DNA from: an uncultured Gammaproteobacteria bacterium
GTDB lineage: Bacteria; Patescibacteriota; Microgenomatia; CAYXHB01
Direction: 5' to 3'
Length of the DNA stretch: 54,454 nt
Assembly (NCBI GenBank): GCA_964561945.1
Contig: CAZLQM010000005.1
Location: 1-54,454 of the forward strand
Shown: positions 48,837 through 54,454 of the stretch, piece by piece
How positions within the stretch are numbered: the stretch's first letter is position 1
Layout of the letters: the number at the start of each line of letters is the position of its first letter
Notes under the pieces: generated by a model
Seen by the model: only the letters and a program-made list of their open reading frames with translations
What the model was told of the DNA's origin: nothing
Databases searched by the model: none
Made by a program: the position numbers and the translations under genes

Positions 48837-49421
48837 ATGGCGTCATTACTAAAAAATATTTTTGTATCACGGGTCAGAATAAAATTGCTGGAAGTATTGC
48901 TATCGACACCCGGTGATTTATTTTATGTGCGACAATTAGTGAGAGCCACCAATGAAGAAATTAATGCCGTTCGACGTGAATTAGCAAATCTGCAAAGTGC
49001 CGGAATGATTATTAGAGAGAATAGAGCAAATAGGGTCTACTACTATTTTAATAAGAAAAATGTTTTATATGAAGAGTTGTTATCGATGATCAACAAGACA
49101 ATTGGATTAGGGAAATTGTTTATAAAGCAGAGGCAAAAATTAGGCAAAATAAAGGCTGTTTATTTTTCACTGGCATTCGCAGAAAAACAACCTTATTCAG
49201 AAGAAGCTGTAGATGTAGTAATAATTGGAGATGTCGTACTGCCAGAAATAAGTGCATTAATTGGGGCTGAGCAAGTCAAATTAGATAGGGAAATTAATTA
49301 TACTGTTTTGGATATAGAAGAATATACATATCGCAAAACCAAACGAGATCCGTTTGTGCTTACCCTATTAACGATGCCCAGAGTGATGATTGTTGGTAAT
49401 CAGTTCGATTTATTTAATTGA
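48837..49421 (+). CDS. Winged-helix + degenerate nucleotidyltransferase-like domain protein
   Basis: SRVRIKLL..YVRQL..NAVRRELANL; VDVVIIGD, REINY. Confidence 0.75.
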   Translation: MASLLKNIFVSRVRIKLLEVLLSTPGDLFYVRQLVRATNEEINAVRRELANLQSAGMIIRENRANRVYYYFNKKNVLYEELLSMINKTIGLGKLFIKQRQKLGKIKAVYFSLAFAEKQPYSEEAVDVVIIGDVVLPEISALIGAEQVKLDREINYTVLDIEEYTYRKTKRDPFVLTLLTMPRVMIVGNQFDLFN

Positions 49422-49464
49422 ACTATTTATTAATTATCAATTTAAGTTAATATAAGGAAGTTTT

Positions 49465-49650
49465 ATGTTTCGCCAATCTATTTATAAAGCTGGGAATAGT
49501 TTGTGTATTAGTATACCTTCACGCTTAGTAAAGAAGTTTGGAATTGAAGCAGGACAAAGTGCTCAAGTAGATGTATTATGGGAAGATTGCACTCTAAAAG
49601 TGCATTTTCCAGAGGCTCACCAATTATCATTATTAAATAAAAGAAAATAA
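49465..49650 (+). CDS. AbrB/MazE/SpoVT family DNA-binding protein
   Basis: KAGNSLCISIPS...FGIEAG. Confidence 0.8.
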   Translation: MFRQSIYKAGNSLCISIPSRLVKKFGIEAGQSAQVDVLWEDCTLKVHFPEAHQLSLLNKRK

Positions 49651-49651
49651 A

Positions 49652-50989
49652 ATGCGCAAACATCCTAGATTAGTTTTGTTGCTTATTGCTTTGTTAGCGA
49701 TGTGGTCGTTTTGGATAAATTTACCGACAGCTACAGCTTGGAATTTTAATGTGCTTGGCAAAAATATAAAAATCCCTTTAAATCGTGACATAAAAATTCC
49801 CTTTGCAAACAAATCGCTAACTCATAACTATGACATCAAAACAGGCTTAGATATACAAGGCGGTTCTCATTTGATTTTTGAGGCTGATATGAATGGAATT
49901 AAAGATAGTGATCGATTAACAGCACTGGAAGCTGCTAAGACTAACATCCTTGGGAGAGTTGATTCCTTAGGTGTGGGAGAGCCTGTAGTCCAAACTTCAC
50001 AAAGTGGTCAAACTTACCGAATCTTAGTCGAGTTGCCAGGAGTGAAAAATACTCAGGAAGCAATTAATCTGATTGGTCAGACAGCACAATTAGATTTTCG
50101 AGTTCCTAATCCTGCTACAGAAAGTGGCGAGCTATTCTTAGAGACAGGATTGACTGGAAAAAACTTGAGTAGTGCGACTCCGTCAATTGATCCCAATTCT
50201 GGGGCAAATACAGTGCAGATTGTATTTGATGATGAAGGACGAGATTTGTTTGGGAAGTTGACTACTGAGTATGTAGGAAGACAGATATACATATTTTTGG
50301 ATGACAAGCCATTAAGTGCACCCGTAGTTAATCAACCAATTACAGGTGGTAATGCCATTATTACAGGTGGGAATCCTGGATTTACTGCAGAGGAAACTAA
50401 ACAATTGTCTATTGCCTTGAACGCAGGGGCTCTCCCTGTCCCTGTGAAGTTAGTCCAGCAACAGACAGTCGGAGCAACACTGGGATCTGAGTCAATAAAT
50501 GCCAGTATAAAAGCAGGTTTGATCGGATTATTTACTGTGGCAGTATTTATGTTGGTATATTACGGACGACTAGGAATTGTGGCTTTATTAGGATTAGTTA
50601 TTTATGCTCTTTTAAGTTTTACTGTTTATAAATTGTTGGGAATTACTTTAAGTCTACCTGGAATAACCGGATTTTTGCTGTCTGTTGGAATGGCGGTTGA
50701 TGCTAACATCTTAATATTTGAACGGTATAAAGAAGAAATTAGACTCAAGAGGTCTCCACAGTTAGCAATGGAACAAGCCTTTGGTAGAGCTTGGGACTCA
50801 ATTCGAGACGCAAATGTCTGCACGTTGGCAACTTCGTTTATACTCTACTCTACTACTAATTCTGTTGTTAGAGGGTTTGCCGTGACATTGAGTTTGGGTA
50901 TATTTATAAGCTTATTTACAGGAATAGTGGTTTCACGAACTTTATTAAGATCTGTTATGCCAAGGCCACGAAGAATTAAAATAAAATAA
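49652..50989 (+). CDS. secD: Protein translocase subunit SecD
   Basis: GLDIQGG, RVDSLGVGEP, VELPG, GALPVP, GMAVDANILIFER. Confidence 0.98.
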   Translation: MRKHPRLVLLLIALLAMWSFWINLPTATAWNFNVLGKNIKIPLNRDIKIPFANKSLTHNYDIKTGLDIQGGSHLIFEADMNGIKDSDRLTALEAAKTNILGRVDSLGVGEPVVQTSQSGQTYRILVELPGVKNTQEAINLIGQTAQLDFRVPNPATESGELFLETGLTGKNLSSATPSIDPNSGANTVQIVFDDEGRDLFGKLTTEYVGRQIYIFLDDKPLSAPVVNQPITGGNAIITGGNPGFTAEETKQLSIALNAGALPVPVKLVQQQTVGATLGSESINASIKAGLIGLFTVAVFMLVYYGRLGIVALLGLVIYALLSFTVYKLLGITLSLPGITGFLLSVGMAVDANILIFERYKEEIRLKRSPQLAMEQAFGRAWDSIRDANVCTLATSFILYSTTNSVVRGFAVTLSLGIFISLFTGIVVSRTLLRSVMPRPRRIKIK

Positions 50990-50993
50990 TTAT

Positions 50994-51890
50994 ATGAACT
51001 TTTTGAAATTTAAATTTGGATATATGGGAGTGTCTTTAGTGTTGGTATTAATTAGCATTGGACTCTTAATTGGAGTTGGATTTAATCCTTCGATAGATTT
51101 TACGGGGGGAAGTCTTTTGGAGGTGGAATTTAATAATCAAATTCCTAATGATGAAGTTATTAGAAATGTTGTTAATGAAAAAACAGGAGTCCAACCTGCA
51201 GCTATTCAGACGAGTGATGGTAATCGTATAATTATCAAGCTTGATACTATTAATCAGGAGCAGGCCACCTTAGTGGTCAATGAATTTAGTAAGGTAACTG
51301 AGCAAGAAGTTCGCGAGTTGAGATTTGAAACAATTGGTCCAGTATTGGGACAAGAATTATTACACAAAACACTAATTGCGGTATTATTGGCATCACTGTT
51401 TATCATGGGGTATGTTGCTTGGGTATTTAAAAATGGAATTTATGGGTTGAGTGCCATACTGGCGATGTTTCATGATACTTTGATTCTTTTGGGAGCATTT
51501 GTGTTATTGGGGGAACTATATGGGGTTGAGGTAGATAGTTTATTTGTGACAGCAGTATTGACTACCTTATCATTTTCAGTTCACGACACTGTTGTAGTTT
51601 ATGATCGAATCCGTGAATCAAAACGTAAATATCCCAGAGCTTCGCTGGTGGAAATTGCGAATAAGTCTATAACCGAAACTTTGCCACGATCTTTGAATAA
51701 TTCAATGACAATTATATTTATGTTAACTGCATTGTTGTTATTAGGTGGAACTTCAATTAAATGGATGTCAGCAGCGCTATTACTTGGAACTGTTTTAGGA
51801 ACGTATTCGTCGCCGTTCGTAGCGGTACCATTATTAGTAACCATTCAAGAATGGCGAGTAAATAAAAATAAGGATAAACAAAAAAGGTAA
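50994..51890 (+). CDS. secF: Protein translocase subunit SecF
   Basis: IDFTGGS, IGPVLGQEL, FHD, SVHDTVVVYDRIRE, GTYSS. Confidence 0.98.
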   Translation: MNFLKFKFGYMGVSLVLVLISIGLLIGVGFNPSIDFTGGSLLEVEFNNQIPNDEVIRNVVNEKTGVQPAAIQTSDGNRIIIKLDTINQEQATLVVNEFSKVTEQEVRELRFETIGPVLGQELLHKTLIAVLLASLFIMGYVAWVFKNGIYGLSAILAMFHDTLILLGAFVLLGELYGVEVDSLFVTAVLTTLSFSVHDTVVVYDRIRESKRKYPRASLVEIANKSITETLPRSLNNSMTIIFMLTALLLLGGTSIKWMSAALLLGTVLGTYSSPFVAVPLLVTIQEWRVNKNKDKQKR

Positions 51891-51918
51891 TTTATAATTT
51901 AAGTTTTATGGCAGGGTT

Positions 51919-51949
51919 GGCTTAAAATTTAAATTTTAAGCCTATTTTT
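51919..51949 (+). terminator. Palindromic terminator after secF
   Basis: Perfect 24-bp palindrome ggcttaaaatttaaattttaagcc followed by tattttt. Confidence 0.65.
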
Positions 51950-51984
51950 AAAACACGGGCAGTTATTTTCGAAAATTGGAACTG

Positions 51985-52749
51985 TTAGTTCGTTAATTGT
52001 GAATTGTAAATTTGATTTATAAAAGTAATGAATTGCGAAGGAATTGCTCGACATCCAAAGTATCGCTTGCCCCAATATGCTTTTTGCCATGGGTATTGCG
52101 ATATTTTTTTAATTACTGATTTGGGACCTTGATAGAAACATGGTTTAAGTTTATCAGATTGGCGACTGCCGACGATAAGAATACAAGCTAGGTTTTGGAG
52201 ATTACAGATGGCTGAAATCAAAGTCATGGATTGAGGAGCTTCGTAGATAATTAATAAGCTAGGGAATGGTCGATATGCGGCATCAATTAACTGCTGACAT
52301 TTAGATTTGAAAATTTGAAATTCTTGATCTGAGGTAAAATTCTTGCGATATCCAGTTTCCCAGATTTTTAGTATTTTTGATTTGTATTTAGGGAATTTCT
52401 TAATAGTGTGGTAAAGGAAATCACTGTCAATTGAAGCGATTATTTGTTGATTGAGATTAGGTTTGATATTTAATAACTTGAGCACTTGCAATAAAGATGA
52501 AGGCTGATTACTAAGATGATTATGATGATCTATAAGAATTGCATCTTTTGCATGAATTTTAGGCTTACACTCAACGAATACTAGTTGTTTATCTTGAGCA
52601 GATTGTGGCAGATCTGTTGTTGAAACTACGATCTCTCCCCATTTGGATTGGGGTTGGATATAGGGAATGTTTAATGAAGTTAAAACAGACTTAATTTCTG
52701 CCATTTCATTGTCTTGACCACCTAGAATAAAAAAGTATGCCGTTTCCAT
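51985..52749 (-). CDS. DHH-like phosphoesterase (possibly NrN-like)
   Basis: FILGGQDNEM, LIDHHN, PSSLLQV, IASID motifs. Confidence 0.6.
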   Translation of the reverse strand: METAYFFILGGQDNEMAEIKSVLTSLNIPYIQPQSKWGEIVVSTTDLPQSAQDKQLVFVECKPKIHAKDAILIDHHNHLSNQPSSLLQVLKLLNIKPNLNQQIIASIDSDFLYHTIKKFPKYKSKILKIWETGYRKNFTSDQEFQIFKSKCQQLIDAAYRPFPSLLIIYEAPQSMTLISAICNLQNLACILIVGSRQSDKLKPCFYQGPKSVIKKISQYPWQKAYWGKRYFGCRAIPSQFITFINQIYNSQLTN

Positions 52750-52792
52750 ATGTATGTCATCTAATCAATTGATTATACTTAGTATTGTAAAT

Positions 52793-53218
52793 ATGAACTT
52801 AAGAATAGTGTTTAGATTTTTGTATGCATGGGTTCCTGTATTGATATGCATGGTGCTTATTTTTTATTTGTCGTCTTTGCCTGGTGAGAAGGTGACCATT
52901 AGTCAAACTGCTTGGATTGAGCGCAATTTGAAGAATATATTACATGGAATTCAGTATGCAGTTCTTTGGCTACTTCAACTCAGAGCATTGAAGTTGTCAG
53001 GGATGAAAAATAAAACTGCATTTGTACTGACTTGGATTATTACTGTACTGTTTGCATTCAGCGATGAATATCATCAAAGATTTACACCACGGCGTGAATC
53101 TAGCATTGGAGATATTTTCTTTGATATTACTGGAATGAGTTTAGCGTATTTAAATGTGTCATTGTTCAGAAATAAAAAAATTGCCAAGTTACTTGCAACG
53201 ATTGGTTTTTGGGGTTAG
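52793..53218 (+). CDS. VanZ family membrane protein
   Basis: LIFYLSS, H...YAVL, FAFSDEYHQRFTPRRESSIGD. Confidence 0.9.
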   Translation: MNLRIVFRFLYAWVPVLICMVLIFYLSSLPGEKVTISQTAWIERNLKNILHGIQYAVLWLLQLRALKLSGMKNKTAFVLTWIITVLFAFSDEYHQRFTPRRESSIGDIFFDITGMSLAYLNVSLFRNKKIAKLLATIGFWG

Positions 53219-53226
53219 CATAACTT

Positions 53227-54246
53227 ATGGGTAAGATTATAGTTACTGGGGGGGCTGGATATATTGGCAGTCATACAGTATTAGGTTTGTTGAACGCGGG
53301 ATATGATGTGGTAGTTATTGACAACCTAAAACGTGGTTATGAAGAATCAATTCGGAGAGTTGAGACTTTGACCGGTAAGAGAATAGACTTGGAGAAGATG
53401 AGTTTAGATAATGTTGAGGGTCTTAACCAAGTTTTGACAAAGAATAATGATGCGAGTTGCGTAGTTCATTTTGCCGCTTACAAAAATGTTGGGGAAGCAG
53501 AAAAAAATCCTGATATGTACTTTGGTAATAATGTTATAGGGTCGTTAAACTTGCTAAACGCAATGAAAGCAAATAATATCAAGTCAATTGTTTTTTCTAG
53601 TACTTCAGCAGTTTATGGAGACTCACTTGTCCTACCAATGCATGAGAATTTACCAATTCAACCAAAAAACGCTTACGGACAAAGTAAGGCAACCGTGGAA
53701 TGGATGATACAGGACTACGTCAAAGCATATGGTATGTCTGGTATTGCTCTTAGATACTTCAATGCCGCGGGAGCTGATGAAAGTGGACAAATTGGTGAAG
53801 ACCCCCGTCTGAGCGGAAATGTAATTCCATTAATAATGCAGACTTTAGTTGGCAAAAGAGAAGAATTTGTTTTGTATGGAGATGAGTTTCCAACTCAAGA
53901 TGGAACACAAGAAAGAGACTATATCCATGTGATGGACTTGGCAAGCGGACATGTAGCTGCTGTAGAAAGACTGTCTCACACACAAGGGTATAGCGTGTAT
54001 AACTTGGGAACCGGTGTAGCAATTAGTAACAAAAAGTTAATTGAAATATCCGAAAATGTATCAGGCAATAAATTAAATTATCGTAGTGACGCTCCTCGTG
54101 AAGGAGATCCTGTGATCACGGTGAGCGACCCATCATTGGCTTTGGCAGAATTAAATTGGAAAGCGAAGTATGATATTTATAAAATTGTTGAGGATCAATG
54201 GAGATGGGTAAAAATGAACCCTAATGGATATGAGACTGCCGTATGA
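53227..54246 (+). CDS. galE: UDP-glucose 4-epimerase
   Basis: VTGGAGYIGSH, HFAAYK, FSSTSAVYG, YGQSK, LRYFNAAGA, RDYIHVMDLA. Confidence 0.96.
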   Translation: MGKIIVTGGAGYIGSHTVLGLLNAGYDVVVIDNLKRGYEESIRRVETLTGKRIDLEKMSLDNVEGLNQVLTKNNDASCVVHFAAYKNVGEAEKNPDMYFGNNVIGSLNLLNAMKANNIKSIVFSSTSAVYGDSLVLPMHENLPIQPKNAYGQSKATVEWMIQDYVKAYGMSGIALRYFNAAGADESGQIGEDPRLSGNVIPLIMQTLVGKREEFVLYGDEFPTQDGTQERDYIHVMDLASGHVAAVERLSHTQGYSVYNLGTGVAISNKKLIEISENVSGNKLNYRSDAPREGDPVITVSDPSLALAELNWKAKYDIYKIVEDQWRWVKMNPNGYETAV

Positions 54247-54454
54247 AAAGTATAGTTGTATTGGTGGTGGCTTTTGTGGTTTTATATATTTTGGGAGTGT
54301 GGAGTGTAAAAGAATATATTATTCCTGTTATTGAGAAGAACTCCAGTATTACGAATAATAAAATAAAGAAAATGCCCATTGACGAGAATAAACAATTGGT
54401 AGCTCCTTCAGTTTCTCCTGGTAAAAATGATGTAAATTTATATCAAGATGAAAA
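54243..54454 (+). CDS. 5' fragment of a membrane-anchored protein, runs off the window
   Basis: ATGA overlap with galE stop; MKSIVVLVVAFVVLYILGVWSV... Confidence 0.6.
   Translation, partial: MKSIVVLVVAFVVLYILGVWSVKEYIIPVIEKNSSITNNKIKKMPIDENKQLVAPSVSPGKNDVNLYQDE

Overview
Bacterial chromosomal window (code 11). The gene repertoire (CxxC-x17-CxxC protein, CAP, DUF3048, DUF2723, MEMO1-like, many short-leader promoters) resembles Patescibacteria/CPR, probably Microgenomates; this is an inference. It carries housekeeping genes (secA, serS, eno, secD, secF, galE), an AT-rich GNAT + family III CoA-transferase insert, a two-component system and a large glycosyltransferase block. The standout is an atypical F-type ATPase locus at ~18.6-32.2 kb. 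It has alpha, beta, gamma, delta, a short epsilon and a b-like subunit, but no subunit a and no free subunit c. The only c-like hairpin is the C-terminus of a ~680-aa secreted Ig-repeat protein, and it lacks the ion-binding Glu/Asp. The ATPase genes are interleaved with three paralogous secreted Ser/Thr-rich proteins and lie next to predicted protein glycosyltransferases. This suggests an ATP-driven, non-ion-translocating rotary surface machine (hypothesis). No rRNA, tRNA, CRISPR array or transposase was recognised. All family calls come from motif recognition by eye, not database searches.
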